This document shows, piece after piece, positions 19,926 through 31,122 of a stretch of 64,000 nucleotides of DNA; the stretch's first letter is position 1, and every line of letters begins with the position of its first letter. A program made the translations under genes and the position numbers. The notes under the pieces are model-generated. The model made no database searches. It was not told the origin of the DNA and saw only the letters and a list, made by a program, of their open reading frames with translations. Origin of the DNA: a virus; the IMG/VR virus record IMGVR_UViG_3300002098_001673, positions 41,296-105,295 of that record; one strand, 5' to 3'.

Positions 19926-21607
19926 CATTCTTTTCTTAGAGAGTGGTCATAATGTTCAAATCTATGGTGTTCAGTTGGTGTTAACAATAACAAACCAGGA
20001 TTAATATTTCCTTTAACTGTTTCTTGATAACAATGAGACATCAAAGTGTTTTCAAAAGGATGAGCCCACTTAGTTTCTAAATAACATTTATAATTACCTT
20101 TTTTGGTTAAAAGAATTGGCCAATTACACAAAAAGATTTCACCATCAACATATGACAAACCTTGATGTGTCTTTATTGATTTAAATTTAGTTCTTGGTGC
20201 ATTTGGGTCTAATCCTTGCACAGGTAATGATTGTTTTTCGGGAAATAACTCTCTTCTTTTGTCTTGCGGTAAGTTGTACCAACTCCACTGCGTACCATTA
20301 TCACCGTAAAATTCAGTAAAATTCAATTTTAAAAAGTCAAAATTTTCTTGTTTAATTATTGATAGTGTTTTTTGATATAAGTTTGGAACGAATCTATTAA
20401 AACCATTTCTACATACTTCACCTTTTTTAGGATAAAATGCCATGTCATCTTCAAACCAATAATAAAAATCCAATCCTGTTTCATCAAAATGTTCTGCAAC
20501 AAATACTCTCCCCCCAACAATTCCAATATTATCTTTCTTAATATGTTCAAATCCGTATTCATCACAAAGTTGTTTATATCTTGTAGTTGTTGATAAATCG
20601 GTTGAATTGTCTAATAAAAATTTTTTAGGTTTAAGAATAAAATCTTTATCATATTCTAACATTGATTGGATTAATCTTTCAAATTGTTTTGGACTATTGA
20701 ATGTTATAACATATAACCCACATTTATTAATATCTAAATTATTTGTTATTTCACTAACGGGATTAGTTTTATTTTCGCTTTTAACTAATAAAGTATCGTT
20801 TTTTAAATCTTCAAAAAACCTACCAATTAACCCATTAGATTCTATTTCGAAATAGTTTATCAAATCAGAGTGTCTATATACCATGATGGAAAATATGCTT
20901 TCTTCGGTCCCCATATAACCCTCATCTAATGTAGATTTTAATATACTATAATATAATCCATTAATATCAGATATCGTATGTTTTGGTCCACCAAAGAATC
21001 CTCCACGACCAACTTTATTTACTTTATCACCAGCGATTGAATTTAATTTATTATATTCAAATCCATGAATTTCTGTTTCAGCATCATATGGAAAACATAT
21101 AAAAGAAAATTTTGAAATATATTTAGATAATTTTTCTAAAACTTTATCATGTGTAAAATAACCTGGATGTACTGTATTTGTTAAACCCCCATCAATCCAA
21201 AACATATATTCTGAATTAAATTTATCCATAATTTTGGCATCATTTAATAAGAATACTTTGGACATTACAAGTGGATTGTAATTTTCTAATTTTGCTTGAG
21301 TAGATTCTCTTAACCAACTTGACCTATTTAACCAATCTTCTTGAGTTCTGATTTTTTGAATTTTATCATAAAATTCATTCTCTTTAAACCAAGATAATGG
21401 TCTTACAATAAATTGGGTATTTGAATCATTTCTTCTGTCTGAAACAAATTTTTTAAGTTCTTCATCTCCAAAAATTATAAGATTGTTATCAATTTCTAAA
21501 AGTTTTTCAAATTTATCTAAATAATGTTGATAAGTTCTTGACCATCCTTCGGTGAGGTTTCCTCTACCAATATCCCAAATACCTGTTACCAATGTTATAT
21601 TACTCAT
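19922..21607 (-). CDS. HtrL/YibB-like glycosyltransferase fused to a GT-A domain
   Basis: TLVTGIWDIGR, FWIDGG, GGFFGG, GTEESI; second domain with WFEDD. Confidence 0.7.
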   Translation of the reverse strand: MSNITLVTGIWDIGRGNLTEGWSRTYQHYLDKFEKLLEIDNNLIIFGDEELKKFVSDRRNDSNTQFIVRPLSWFKENEFYDKIQKIRTQEDWLNRSSWLRESTQAKLENYNPLVMSKVFLLNDAKIMDKFNSEYMFWIDGGLTNTVHPGYFTHDKVLEKLSKYISKFSFICFPYDAETEIHGFEYNKLNSIAGDKVNKVGRGGFFGGPKHTISDINGLYYSILKSTLDEGYMGTEESIFSIMVYRHSDLINYFEIESNGLIGRFFEDLKNDTLLVKSENKTNPVSEITNNLDINKCGLYVITFNSPKQFERLIQSMLEYDKDFILKPKKFLLDNSTDLSTTTRYKQLCDEYGFEHIKKDNIGIVGGRVFVAEHFDETGLDFYYWFEDDMAFYPKKGEVCRNGFNRFVPNLYQKTLSIIKQENFDFLKLNFTEFYGDNGTQWSWYNLPQDKRRELFPEKQSLPVQGLDPNAPRTKFKSIKTHQGLSYVDGEIFLCNWPILLTKKGNYKCYLETKWAHPFENTLMSHCYQETVKGNINPGLLLLTPTEHHRFEHYDHSLRKEC

Positions 21608-22481
21608 ATATTCTATTAAATTCTTCTAAAATTTTATAAAAACTTTTATTCTTTTCAAGAGTTTCATCTGAAACTCCTTGAGGAGCATTTCCTTTATACC
21701 ACCAAATATCAAAATCTTTTCTTTCAAATAATTCTTTATGATTTACGTTCATTAAACTCATAATAACCTCCTCATGTAAAATTACTTTATCTTCGATTAT
21801 AATCTTTTGAAGATAATCTTCAAATATATTTACAACTTCATCCCACTTATCTTTATGACCACCAAATAACCCACCAATAATGTGAATACTTCTATCATAT
21901 TCTTTATACCATTTAGGGTCAACAGTACCTGACCAATAATTTCTGTCATTTTCTTTTCCAAGTAATAAAAATTTATCATTAGTATCTTTTATAAGATTTT
22001 TTAAAAAATTATTATTAAATAAAATACTTTCATAATATCTTGCTTGAGAATGGTTGTTAACCAAATATTTTTCAGGAATTAATCCGCAATGTGATAATCC
22101 AGCGTCAATCCAATAATAATAATCATAAGATTTATCTTCATTCCACCACCAATGAAATTTACTATATTGTATTTCAATACATCTGTCAGATTTTTTTGTT
22201 TCATCAATATTTTTATATTGATTAATTAATTCTTTAAACTTTGTTTCTGATATATCAAATATTTTAAATATTAATTTATCTGAAGAAATATTATTTTCTT
22301 TATAAAAAAAATTAATTAAGTCATCTATTTCCCTATCTGATGTGTAACATAAAAAATCTGCATCAGTCATTTTTAGTAGTGACAATAAACTATATTTATA
22401 ATGGCCACCTCTACTTGGTCTTCCACCAAATTTGGTTCCATGTAAATCGCTATAAATTGATGTTATAAATTTAATTTTCAT
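21600..22481 (-). CDS. HtrL/YibB-like glycosyltransferase
   Basis: YYWIDAG, IIGGLFGG, HEEVIMS; probable start 22481 (MKIKFITS). Confidence 0.65.
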   Translation of the reverse strand: MKIKFITSIYSDLHGTKFGGRPSRGGHYKYSLLSLLKMTDADFLCYTSDREIDDLINFFYKENNISSDKLIFKIFDISETKFKELINQYKNIDETKKSDRCIEIQYSKFHWWWNEDKSYDYYYWIDAGLSHCGLIPEKYLVNNHSQARYYESILFNNNFLKNLIKDTNDKFLLLGKENDRNYWSGTVDPKWYKEYDRSIHIIGGLFGGHKDKWDEVVNIFEDYLQKIIIEDKVILHEEVIMSLMNVNHKELFERKDFDIWWYKGNAPQGVSDETLEKNKSFYKILEEFNRIYE

Positions 22482-22485
22482 AAAA

Positions 22486-23205
22486 TTAATTATTAAATCT
22501 TTGTGAATAATGTTTATTACCCCAATCAGAAAAATGAGGCAAATGAAATGGTGCAAAATTATTTGTTGGTTTGATTGAATGTGTTATATGTGTATAATAA
22601 ATTCTACCCATCATATCTCCATCTTCTCCACCCCATCCTTCATATTTTTCATCAAATCCACCTAACGATAATAATAATTCGGTATCACATAAATAAACAC
22701 CACCAAGTCCACCTGTATGGTGTCTTAATGGTCCATTTTCTCTCGCCCCTGAATAAGCGTAAGACCAATTAGCTTTATCAATAATAAAATTACCATCGAT
22801 AATATAATCAGATATATTGTCTTCTAATTTTGCTAAATCAAAAGTACAAACATCTCCTTTATTCAATCCTTTAATTAAATTAAATAAAACTTCATAATCT
22901 TTTTCATAAAAAAAAGCGTCACAATCTATCATCATAAAAAAATCATAATTTTTTTTATCTTTTAAAATAATATTAGTTTTTTCCGCTTTTTTATAAACAC
23001 CTAAAGGATATGATATATGAATCGAATCAGGCATAATTTGTTCAGGAGAAAAATCGTATAGAGTTGATGATACATTAATTCCATTATTTTGAAGATACTT
23101 TGTTAATTTTTTTAATTCATTCCATGAAAAATTAACATTTCTAATTCTTGTTGAATTTTCATGACCATCATCCCAAAATTTCATATTTAAAGAAATACTA
23201 TTCAT
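22486..23205 (-). CDS. Glycosyltransferase with GT7-like C-terminal motif
   Basis: DCD motif; GGFDEKYEGWGGEDGD. Confidence 0.75.
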   Translation of the reverse strand: MNSISLNMKFWDDGHENSTRIRNVNFSWNELKKLTKYLQNNGINVSSTLYDFSPEQIMPDSIHISYPLGVYKKAEKTNIILKDKKNYDFFMMIDCDAFFYEKDYEVLFNLIKGLNKGDVCTFDLAKLEDNISDYIIDGNFIIDKANWSYAYSGARENGPLRHHTGGLGGVYLCDTELLLSLGGFDEKYEGWGGEDGDMMGRIYYTHITHSIKPTNNFAPFHLPHFSDWGNKHYSQRFNN

Positions 23206-24133
23206 TAATTAAAGTTTTAATTTTTTCCCAAACGCTATAATTTGAATTTGTAAAATATTCTTGTTTTAATTTTTTTACATTGTTAATGTGAAAATTATAT
23301 AATTCAGTTTCGTTATTAATTATATCTTTAATTTTATGTACCATTTCATCCATTGTCATGGCATTTAAAGAAATGTAACATTCTTTAGGTAACAAATCAT
23401 TAATGTTTGAACATCCTAAATAAATCGGTACAGTATCTGTTAAAATAACATCCCAAAATTTTTCACTGATATAATTTTTTTGAATTGTATTTTCACAAGC
23501 TATTGAAAATTTATATTGGTCAAGACCAATATGTTTATTCCATACTTCACCTTTAATATTTTTACCGTTATTTTCCCAATAAGTTCCAAATATATCAATT
23601 CGTTCATCTGTAGATAAATTAATACCCAAATTGGTTCTTTCTTCGTAATTTATTTTATTAGTATTTGGATTCTGTAAATGATTATAATGACTATAATGGT
23701 CTTTTCTAACAATAATTGATATTATTTTGTCTTTTGAATAATTTTTATTTTTCAGTTTTAAAGACCAATCAAATTCTTCTCTACTATCATTCTCTCCTCT
23801 TCCGGCATAAAACATAGGTAATAGTGTTTCAATATATTCTTCTCTATCAGGATATTCTCTTTTATCTGATATTAAAATTTTTGAACAATAATTATGTATA
23901 TCATCTTTTGGTTGGTTTGGAGACCATAATGGTTCTTGTGAAATATAAAAAGTTTTATCTTTTGAAGTTTCAATTTTAGTCCAATCAGTTTTACCAAAAA
24001 CTATGGTAAAATCAGGATTTTCATTAACAAATGAATAATTAATCAAATCATCATTTGGTACAAATTGTTTTATCATTCTTGTATTCAATGAATATGTATC
24101 TGTCCACCAACACTCTAATTTTATTTTAATCAT
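23198..24133 (-). CDS. GT10 fucosyltransferase-like protein
   Basis: YKFSIACEN...NYISEKFWD...VPIYLG alpha-1,3-fucosyltransferase motif. Confidence 0.8.
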   Translation of the reverse strand: MIKIKLECWWTDTYSLNTRMIKQFVPNDDLINYSFVNENPDFTIVFGKTDWTKIETSKDKTFYISQEPLWSPNQPKDDIHNYCSKILISDKREYPDREEYIETLLPMFYAGRGENDSREEFDWSLKLKNKNYSKDKIISIIVRKDHYSHYNHLQNPNTNKINYEERTNLGINLSTDERIDIFGTYWENNGKNIKGEVWNKHIGLDQYKFSIACENTIQKNYISEKFWDVILTDTVPIYLGCSNINDLLPKECYISLNAMTMDEMVHKIKDIINNETELYNFHINNVKKLKQEYFTNSNYSVWEKIKTLINE

Positions 24134-24729
24134 ATAATTTCTAAAGATAAACTATTGTATCTTACAAATTTATCAGGACAATATCTAAAAGTATGTTCAT
24201 TTTTTAACTTTCTAATATCTAAAGCATAATGTCCATCAGCATTCCTATAATTAACATCACGTATATATGTTTTTTTTAACATACGATATCTAATCATACA
24301 AGACGCAATATCAAAAAGACCCAAATCAAATCTATGTTCACCATCACCATACAATCTAATTTTTTCTGTTAACCCCGCTTTTTGTGAAAATAAAACTAAA
24401 TCAATATTTGAATTTATTTCTTCATTATATGTAGAAATTAAATCCCATGTAACAACATTATCATCATCTAAAAAATAACACCAATCATTATCGTCAACAT
24501 GAATATCGGTTATAAAATAATTTCTTTGTTCATGTCCCCAAATATGTGAAGTATATATTTTATAAAATTTAACTCTTTTATCTTCTTTTAAAAAAGAAAA
24601 ATTATCTTCTCCAATAGTATTATTACCCTCAATTAAATGCCAATTAAAATCGTCTATTTGATGTTTAATTGTTGAATATATTATCTTTATATTGTTATAA
24701 CGATAAAGTGGTGTTATAAAATGAATCAT
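24130..24729 (-). CDS. GT-A fold glycosyltransferase
   Basis: FITPLYR, GHEQRN, YFLDDDN, ADG motifs. Confidence 0.7.
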   Translation of the reverse strand: MIHFITPLYRYNNIKIIYSTIKHQIDDFNWHLIEGNNTIGEDNFSFLKEDKRVKFYKIYTSHIWGHEQRNYFITDIHVDDNDWCYFLDDDNVVTWDLISTYNEEINSNIDLVLFSQKAGLTEKIRLYGDGEHRFDLGLFDIASCMIRYRMLKKTYIRDVNYRNADGHYALDIRKLKNEHTFRYCPDKFVRYNSLSLEII

Positions 24730-25481
24730 AATTTATCTTTATTTTCTTTAAAAAATTTTTCATATGGATATAAATTAACGTCTTCTAATAATGGGTCACA
24801 ATCAATTCCAAACATACCACTTATCCCACTTTTAGAATTACCACATTTATATTTTTCATTAAACGTAAAATTTCTATTAAAAAAAGAATATTTTCCAACT
24901 CCAGGTTTTACGTGTTCATGTCTTACATCTGAAATTATATTATGAATTCCTTGAGCGTATAATCGATAAACATCTTTATTTTTTTTATTTAACATTCGAT
25001 AAGTTATATCCCCATCTTCTTCACCAAAACCTAATAATCGTTCATCAAAATACCCTAATTCATCCATTAAATCTTTATTGGTAACAAAAAATGAAAAAGT
25101 ATCGTTTATCTTTGATAGACCGTAATACATTTCAGAATCAATATGTGACGAAACAACTTCAAATAAATTATCGTTATATATTTGAATATCATCATTTAAA
25201 ATTAAAATATCTTTTTTAGTTGAATGAACTATTAATGTATTCCACATTTTAGATAAACCTCTCATTTCCACAAAAAATATTGGAAACACATTTTCATATG
25301 ATAAACAAATGTTTAATATATTTTTCCTATATTCCTCATTAAATTCCCCATTTTTTTCACCATTTATACATAAGATAATATTATTATTAACTCCGATGTC
25401 TCTAATACTTTTAACCAATGAACTTATAAAATCAAATCTTAGTGAAAAAGTTGTAATTCCAATATCAAAATTATTTTTCAT
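24726..25481 (-). CDS. GT2-like glycosyltransferase
   Basis: ILNDD; GYFDERLLGFGEEDGD. Confidence 0.75.
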   Translation of the reverse strand: MKNNFDIGITTFSLRFDFISSLVKSIRDIGVNNNIILCINGEKNGEFNEEYRKNILNICLSYENVFPIFFVEMRGLSKMWNTLIVHSTKKDILILNDDIQIYNDNLFEVVSSHIDSEMYYGLSKINDTFSFFVTNKDLMDELGYFDERLLGFGEEDGDITYRMLNKKNKDVYRLYAQGIHNIISDVRHEHVKPGVGKYSFFNRNFTFNEKYKCGNSKSGISGMFGIDCDPLLEDVNLYPYEKFFKENKDKL

Positions 25482-26025
25482 ATATCCAACAAGCCCCCAT
25501 TTGTTTTATATTTTTTTTATCTTTAAAAAATTCATTGACTGCAGAATAAACACCACAATCATAATGATAATCATGTCCCGCAATAATACCATTCTCTTTT
25601 ATTTTTGGATACCATGAATTAATGTCTTTAGTAACACTTTCATGGTCATGTCCTGCATCAATAAAAACAAAATCTAAACTATTATCCACATAATTTATAG
25701 ATGTTTCCCATGAAACACCTTTAACAATATTTATATTATTTTTTACAGGTTCAATATTTTTTTTGAAAATATCAAATAAATTATAAAACATATCTTTTTC
25801 AATCTCATTTGAAGTTTCAACATATTCCCAAGTATCGACACAATCAAATTGTATATTTTTTTTAGAATTAATAATTTCAACAGCCATAAAACAAGCACTA
25901 GTTCCTTTCCACACACCGACTTCTACAAAGTGAGAACCATCACCAAATTTAGAAACCATTGAAGAATATAAATCTTCATAACCAAACCAATTTTCGCTAT
26001 TAATATTTTTATAAAAATGTTCCAT
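25471..26025 (-). CDS. Class I SAM methyltransferase (Methyltransf_24-like)
   Basis: VEVGVWKGTS, VDTW, FVFIDAGH, GIIAGHDY. Confidence 0.85.
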   Translation of the reverse strand: MEHFYKNINSENWFGYEDLYSSMVSKFGDGSHFVEVGVWKGTSACFMAVEIINSKKNIQFDCVDTWEYVETSNEIEKDMFYNLFDIFKKNIEPVKNNINIVKGVSWETSINYVDNSLDFVFIDAGHDHESVTKDINSWYPKIKENGIIAGHDYHYDCGVYSAVNEFFKDKKNIKQMGACWIYEK

Positions 26026-26899
26026 TAGTTATTATATTATATATATTATTTGATAATTTTAATTTAAAATCAAAATACCATTTTATTAATTCATTTTGTA
26101 AATGATAATATTTTTCATTATCCATCATGTAATATTTTTTAATTTCATCCCATGAACTAACAATAGGTAATGGAGAATTACCCCAAACTTTAATAAAATA
26201 GTTTAAATTATTATAATTTTTTAAAATTGGAATAGACCCTGATTCTAGACATTCCATTATCCTAAATGAATCAGGATGAACCCAACCCATGGGACAAGGA
26301 ACAAATTTTGTTTTATTATAAATTGAAATACATTCATTTTGAGTTAACGATGTTGAACAATTCCAAGAATTTGTTTTATGAATAAAAACATTTTCCATTT
26401 GTTCCATAATTGATAATAGTTCTTGTCTATCTGACTTTGATTGACCAATGAATGAAAACTCATATTCTTTTATTATCGAAGTAATATTATTATTTTTATT
26501 AATAAATCCTGATTTAACACCTAAAGGAATAAATGTAACATTATTATTAACAATATTAGAATCATAATAATTTCTAAAAACATGTTTAGCTTTTGAGTAA
26601 TATTTACAATTATGTTCTAAGCTTTCATTAGAAAAATGTAATAAATAAAACGTATATCCAAGTTCGACAAATTTATTTAAATAATTATTAAATTCTTCAG
26701 ATATATTATTTAAATTGTTAGAATAAATTATCACAGAATTATCTAAAACTGTTAATAATTTACCATCATCAAAAATTCTTTTTTGTTTAAAGTTTTTAAA
26801 TAAAATTTCCGTAGTATATTCAAATTCAAAAGTTGTTTGGTCTCCATTAAATGTTTGCCAAATTAAATTAATTTTATCCTCAATTTTTGTTGATACCAT
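26009..26899 (-). CDS. Exostosin/GT47-like glycosyltransferase
   Basis: FSFIGQ, KFVPCPMG...DSFRIMECLESGSIPI. Confidence 0.7.
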   Translation of the reverse strand: MVSTKIEDKINLIWQTFNGDQTTFEFEYTTEILFKNFKQKRIFDDGKLLTVLDNSVIIYSNNLNNISEEFNNYLNKFVELGYTFYLLHFSNESLEHNCKYYSKAKHVFRNYYDSNIVNNNVTFIPLGVKSGFINKNNNITSIIKEYEFSFIGQSKSDRQELLSIMEQMENVFIHKTNSWNCSTSLTQNECISIYNKTKFVPCPMGWVHPDSFRIMECLESGSIPILKNYNNLNYFIKVWGNSPLPIVSSWDEIKKYYMMDNEKYYHLQNELIKWYFDFKLKLSNNIYNIITNGTFL

Positions 26900-26907
26900 A
26901 TAAAAAA

Positions 26908-28173
26908 TTAACTAACAACATTATTTAATTGTCCTGTAATTCTATCACACCATCCTTTTGATTCTGAGTGTGGCCAAACAACCCAATATGTTGGCATAGT
27001 CGCCGTTTGAAATTCTCTCCAAACTTTACAATATTTATCTGGGTCTCTAAAATACCCATCAATTTCATTCTTATCAGAATCTTTTCTGAATAATGTTTCG
27101 TCATTTGGTCCATGAAATGCAACAACCCAAAAATCATAATCTTTCTCTGGAACACTAGAATATCCTATATCAATACAATGTTTGAATACGGATGCGAAAT
27201 CTTGTTTCCAAGCTTCTTCTGAATCATAATTGTATGGATTTGGAGGATAATTTTTATCAATAGTATATTGTTGAATAGCTCTTCTTTCAAATAATAAACC
27301 AGAATACTTCTCATAATCTCTTAAAGTTCTTAAAGGTCCGAAACCAAATAAACCATCATGACCTTCTTGTATTTCCCCATCCATACCGAATAATTTCCTA
27401 TTTGTTAAATGAGATATTCTATTTCTTTCTCCCCATCCTTTATCATCATCCCATTGTTTTGTTCTACCTTTACGAGTGTATTCATGATATACGACAGGAA
27501 TGTGTGGATGGAACAAATCATAACCCCATGTATACGCTCTTGCAGCAATAGAAATTTCTTCACCATGAAAATAGTATTCAGGGTTATGTTGAACTTCTGT
27601 TGAGAATTGCCCTAAAGTAAAACAAAAGTGTGCGGAATAAAATCTTGCAGTTACTGGTTTTTTCATTTCTCTCCATCCTGGAATTGTTTCAGGTAAAAAG
27701 AATACCGCTCCTTCAGGAATAAATCTATCAAATACCATTCTCCAAGCGTCTGGAGCTCTTCCTGCTGGGTCATTTTCAGGGTCAAAAGATGGTACGTATC
27801 CCGTAAGTAGAGGTTTTTGATATCCATCTTTTTGAAGCCCTTTTATCATTTTAATTAGGATATCATCCCAATCTTTAACAAATCTCATATGTGAATCTAT
27901 TTGAAGAGTATATTCTTCACCATCATAAAGTTGTTGTGTTAAATTTCTTGCCCAACATACTCCTTTAGCATCTTGATATGGAATATCAATTATTTTAAAT
28001 CTTTTATCTTTTCTATATTCGTCAAGATTATCAAATTCATCTGTTTCACTAAATTGTCTAGCGATTGATAATACTAAATTTTTTGGACGCTTGGCATTTG
28101 CCAACATATCTTTAATTGTTGGAACAAGTTGAGGGTCGCGGTATGATGCGATTTGAATGAAAATTTTACTCAT
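26908..28173 (-). CDS. GT60-like polypeptide GlcNAc transferase
   Basis: IFIQIASYRDP, GVCWAR, LQIDSHMRF..DWD, FHGEEI, GYDLFHP, YHEY. Confidence 0.8.
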   Translation of the reverse strand: MSKIFIQIASYRDPQLVPTIKDMLANAKRPKNLVLSIARQFSETDEFDNLDEYRKDKRFKIIDIPYQDAKGVCWARNLTQQLYDGEEYTLQIDSHMRFVKDWDDILIKMIKGLQKDGYQKPLLTGYVPSFDPENDPAGRAPDAWRMVFDRFIPEGAVFFLPETIPGWREMKKPVTARFYSAHFCFTLGQFSTEVQHNPEYYFHGEEISIAARAYTWGYDLFHPHIPVVYHEYTRKGRTKQWDDDKGWGERNRISHLTNRKLFGMDGEIQEGHDGLFGFGPLRTLRDYEKYSGLLFERRAIQQYTIDKNYPPNPYNYDSEEAWKQDFASVFKHCIDIGYSSVPEKDYDFWVVAFHGPNDETLFRKDSDKNEIDGYFRDPDKYCKVWREFQTATMPTYWVVWPHSESKGWCDRITGQLNNVVS

Positions 28174-28203
28174 TAAAATATAATTTGTATTAAAAATAGA
28201 AAA

Positions 28204-28223
28204 CCCTATCTAAAAAGATAGGG
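28204..28223. terminator. Hairpin between structural genes and glycosylation island
   Basis: CCCTATCT-aaaa-AGATAGGG. Confidence 0.5.
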
Positions 28224-28245
28224 CTTAAATTATTTTTTTTTAAAA

Positions 28246-28455
28246 TTAAGATGTTGGAGGAAATGCTCCATCATCAATAAATTCTATCGATGATTTAAAT
28301 GCTGTTGAATATGTATTATCAATTAACCATATATTTTTAATTTGATTTGGTTCTAATTCTACTTGATATTCCCACATTGAATCATCACATCTTCTATAAT
28401 TAAAATTGACTATTGTTGAGCCAGTATTTATTAAAGTATATTTGCTACATGCCAT
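28246..28455 (-). CDS. Small hypothetical (probable virion) protein
   Basis: 69 aa ORF with TATTTAT upstream motif. Confidence 0.6.
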   Translation of the reverse strand: MACSKYTLINTGSTIVNFNYRRCDDSMWEYQVELEPNQIKNIWLIDNTYSTAFKSSIEFIDDGAFPPTS

Positions 28456-28509
28456 AATGTTATATTTAATATATAAATATCAATAATTTATAAAAAAACA
28501 AAATATAAA

Positions 28510-30126
28510 TTATAAATGAACAATTTTTAAAAAATCTCCAGTTCTATATACATCTCCAATTGTTAGTCCACTTAGAATCGCATCAGAATTATCTGAAGCT
28601 TCAATAACTTCTCCAAAATTAATGGTACCGCCTGTAACAGAAAAATTTCCAACATTTGTCGTATTACCTGATATAGTTGTATTTCCATTTAAATCATGTT
28701 CATTATTTGCTCTAAGTATTATTTTTCCATTTCCGTATCCGTCAAAGTTTGGACCTGTAAATATTACAATGTCTCCATTGGTTGGACTTCCGATATAGTG
28801 ATTATTTGCAACAGATAATAAATATGTATCATTAGCTCCTCCAACACTATATGTAAAATCAGGAGTGTGAGTACTACTATTTATACCCATATCAACATAA
28901 TAACTTGTTTCTGTACCTATATCATTTGTTGCAACAATATCTGCAGAGGCTGTAGTTCCTGAATTTAAATTCTTCATCACAATCTGACTATAATAATCAA
29001 TATCTCCAAGTATTGTTACCATATTATATGTAGCATTTGTTGGCGGATAAATTCTTAAAGCATCTGGATTAGATTCATCGTATCCATCTCCATTAATTGT
29101 AATTGTTCCTTGTTGATGAACAAAAATTTTAGAATATAAACTACTATCATAACCCCCATTAAATAAAATTAATTTTTTTCCTGGAGTTGCGTTTCCAACA
29201 TATAAATCGTTACCAGTACTATATAAGTAAGCATCATTTTGAAAACCAACACCTCCAGGTATTACATGATTACTACTATTAATACCCATATCAATATAAA
29301 ACTCTTCTTCTGTTCCATTATCCGCAGTTGCAACAATATCAGTACTAGCCTGAGGTCCTATATTTACATTTTGCAAATTAATTTGAGTATAGTTATCAAC
29401 ATTACCAAATGCGGTCATTAAATTATATGTAGAATTTTGTGGTGGATAAATCCTTAAAGTATCTGGATTTCCGGGGTCATAGTTTGCTCCATTGATTGTT
29501 ATTGTCCCTTGTTCATGCATATAAAGTTTGGAATAAAGATTTGTTTCAAATCCTCCATTAAAAAATACCAACCTTTTTTCTTTACTTGCATTACCAATAT
29601 ATAAATCATTTGCTGTACTAAAAAGATATGCATCAGAAGCCCCACCCAAAGCAGTAACTCCTGTAAATCCTGTATATGTTGATGAGTTAACACCCATATC
29701 AATATATCCAGTATCAAAATTTCCAACATCTCCAATAATAACAATATCTGAAGACGCGGAATGTCCTGTATTTGTATTTTGATTTGTAATTCCTAAAGCA
29801 AAATCAATACTTCCTGTTCCATTTATAAGTAGAAATGAATTAGTATCACCAGCATGAACACCAAATGTTTCTGGAACATCTGGCTCAACCGTAGGGTTAT
29901 TTGCAACTCTAACACTTTCTAAAGGTGTTTGAAATATTTTTGATGAAACATATGTTGTATTTGAACTTAAAATAGGTAAATAATTTTCATCTACATTATT
30001 AATTAATGTGGAGGTTAACGCACTGAAAGGTATTTTATAAGTTGTTCCTGAAGTTACTATGACCAAAAGAGCGTTTGGGTCCGTAACATTTATTTCAGGT
30101 AACTGGGATATAGGAATTGAGCTCAT
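28510..30126 (-). CDS. Tail fibre-like protein with three internal ~135 aa repeats
   Basis: N-terminal IPISQLP; three copies of DIV...Y(I/V)DMG(V/I)NSS...D(A/T)YL. Confidence 0.6.
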   Translation of the reverse strand: MSSIPISQLPEINVTDPNALLVIVTSGTTYKIPFSALTSTLINNVDENYLPILSSNTTYVSSKIFQTPLESVRVANNPTVEPDVPETFGVHAGDTNSFLLINGTGSIDFALGITNQNTNTGHSASSDIVIIGDVGNFDTGYIDMGVNSSTYTGFTGVTALGGASDAYLFSTANDLYIGNASKEKRLVFFNGGFETNLYSKLYMHEQGTITINGANYDPGNPDTLRIYPPQNSTYNLMTAFGNVDNYTQINLQNVNIGPQASTDIVATADNGTEEEFYIDMGINSSNHVIPGGVGFQNDAYLYSTGNDLYVGNATPGKKLILFNGGYDSSLYSKIFVHQQGTITINGDGYDESNPDALRIYPPTNATYNMVTILGDIDYYSQIVMKNLNSGTTASADIVATNDIGTETSYYVDMGINSSTHTPDFTYSVGGANDTYLLSVANNHYIGSPTNGDIVIFTGPNFDGYGNGKIILRANNEHDLNGNTTISGNTTNVGNFSVTGGTINFGEVIEASDNSDAILSGLTIGDVYRTGDFLKIVHL

Positions 30127-30256
30127 TTTTTTTATTTATAAATATCTTTTATTTTTTTATTATCTTAAAACCCAAAAGACAATAGTTAGACATAAGTTGG
30201 TTTAAATAAATTGTCCTTGTGTAAAATCTGTTATATACATTTTAATTTAAATTATA

Positions 30257-31111
30257 TTAATATATTGTTCCATAACTTACATTCCAAGCACCTTGAGTAA
30301 AGACGGCTGTTACTAATACAGGCACTGAATTCGCAGGTAGGTCTGGTTGAAATGGTTGCCAATTTGCATTAGTAATAACTGAAGCATTGCTTTTTCTTAA
30401 ATGTGTTACTCTAACCGTAATATCCGCAGGAGAACCTCCAGTGTTTAACACAAAATAACAAATCTGACATTCAGCACCGTCAGGTAAAATCCATAACCCA
30501 TCACCAAATGTAAAAACTTGTTTAGTTAAATCTAATATTTCAGGAGGATTTTGATTACCATCTTGAGTCCCAAGAGATAATACATACGGACTACTCCACC
30601 CCCATTCGTAATTTGTATTTCCTGTTTGAGTTAATACTTGATTAATGGTTCCACCTGTTAGTACTAATTGGTCGGTAATACTATAGATTGTACCTCCACT
30701 ATTGTTTTGCACTAATAATTCATTATTTATAACTGAAAATGTATAACCACTTGTACTTACAACACCACCCGAACTTGTAATATTTCCTACTTGGAATGTT
30801 GGTGCGGCAAACACATTTGTTGAATATAAAACACCACTATCATCAATCGCCAATGAATTATTTGGTCCAATAAATACTGAACCTGTTGACACATATATTG
30901 ACTTTAATGGGTAGGCAATTGACCCTATGGTGTGAGCACTTGGTGCATCAGGAATTAAATCCTGATACATAACACCAAATGGTTGCTCACTTTTCCAAAA
31001 ATCTTGGGCGTTTATGTTAGATGTAACTCCATCAACTTCAACCACGAGTAAAGTGTTGTTAGTTGATGCACTAATGTTAGTTAATTGACCTATAGTTTTT
31101 CCTGTTAACAT
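30257..31111 (-). CDS. Tail fibre-like/virion protein
   Basis: N-terminal KTIGQLT, LIP....IGS..YPLKSIYVS..SVFIG, Gly/Thr/Ser-rich. Confidence 0.55.
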   Translation of the reverse strand: MLTGKTIGQLTNISASTNNTLLVVEVDGVTSNINAQDFWKSEQPFGVMYQDLIPDAPSAHTIGSIAYPLKSIYVSTGSVFIGPNNSLAIDDSGVLYSTNVFAAPTFQVGNITSSGGVVSTSGYTFSVINNELLVQNNSGGTIYSITDQLVLTGGTINQVLTQTGNTNYEWGWSSPYVLSLGTQDGNQNPPEILDLTKQVFTFGDGLWILPDGAECQICYFVLNTGGSPADITVRVTHLRKSNASVITNANWQPFQPDLPANSVPVLVTAVFTQGAWNVSYGTIY

Positions 31112-31122
31112 GATGTTTTTTT

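Noticed and set aside
30160-30240. Tiny minus-strand ORF MYITDFTQGQFI*
   Set aside because: Only 12 codons; could be a remnant but cannot be supported
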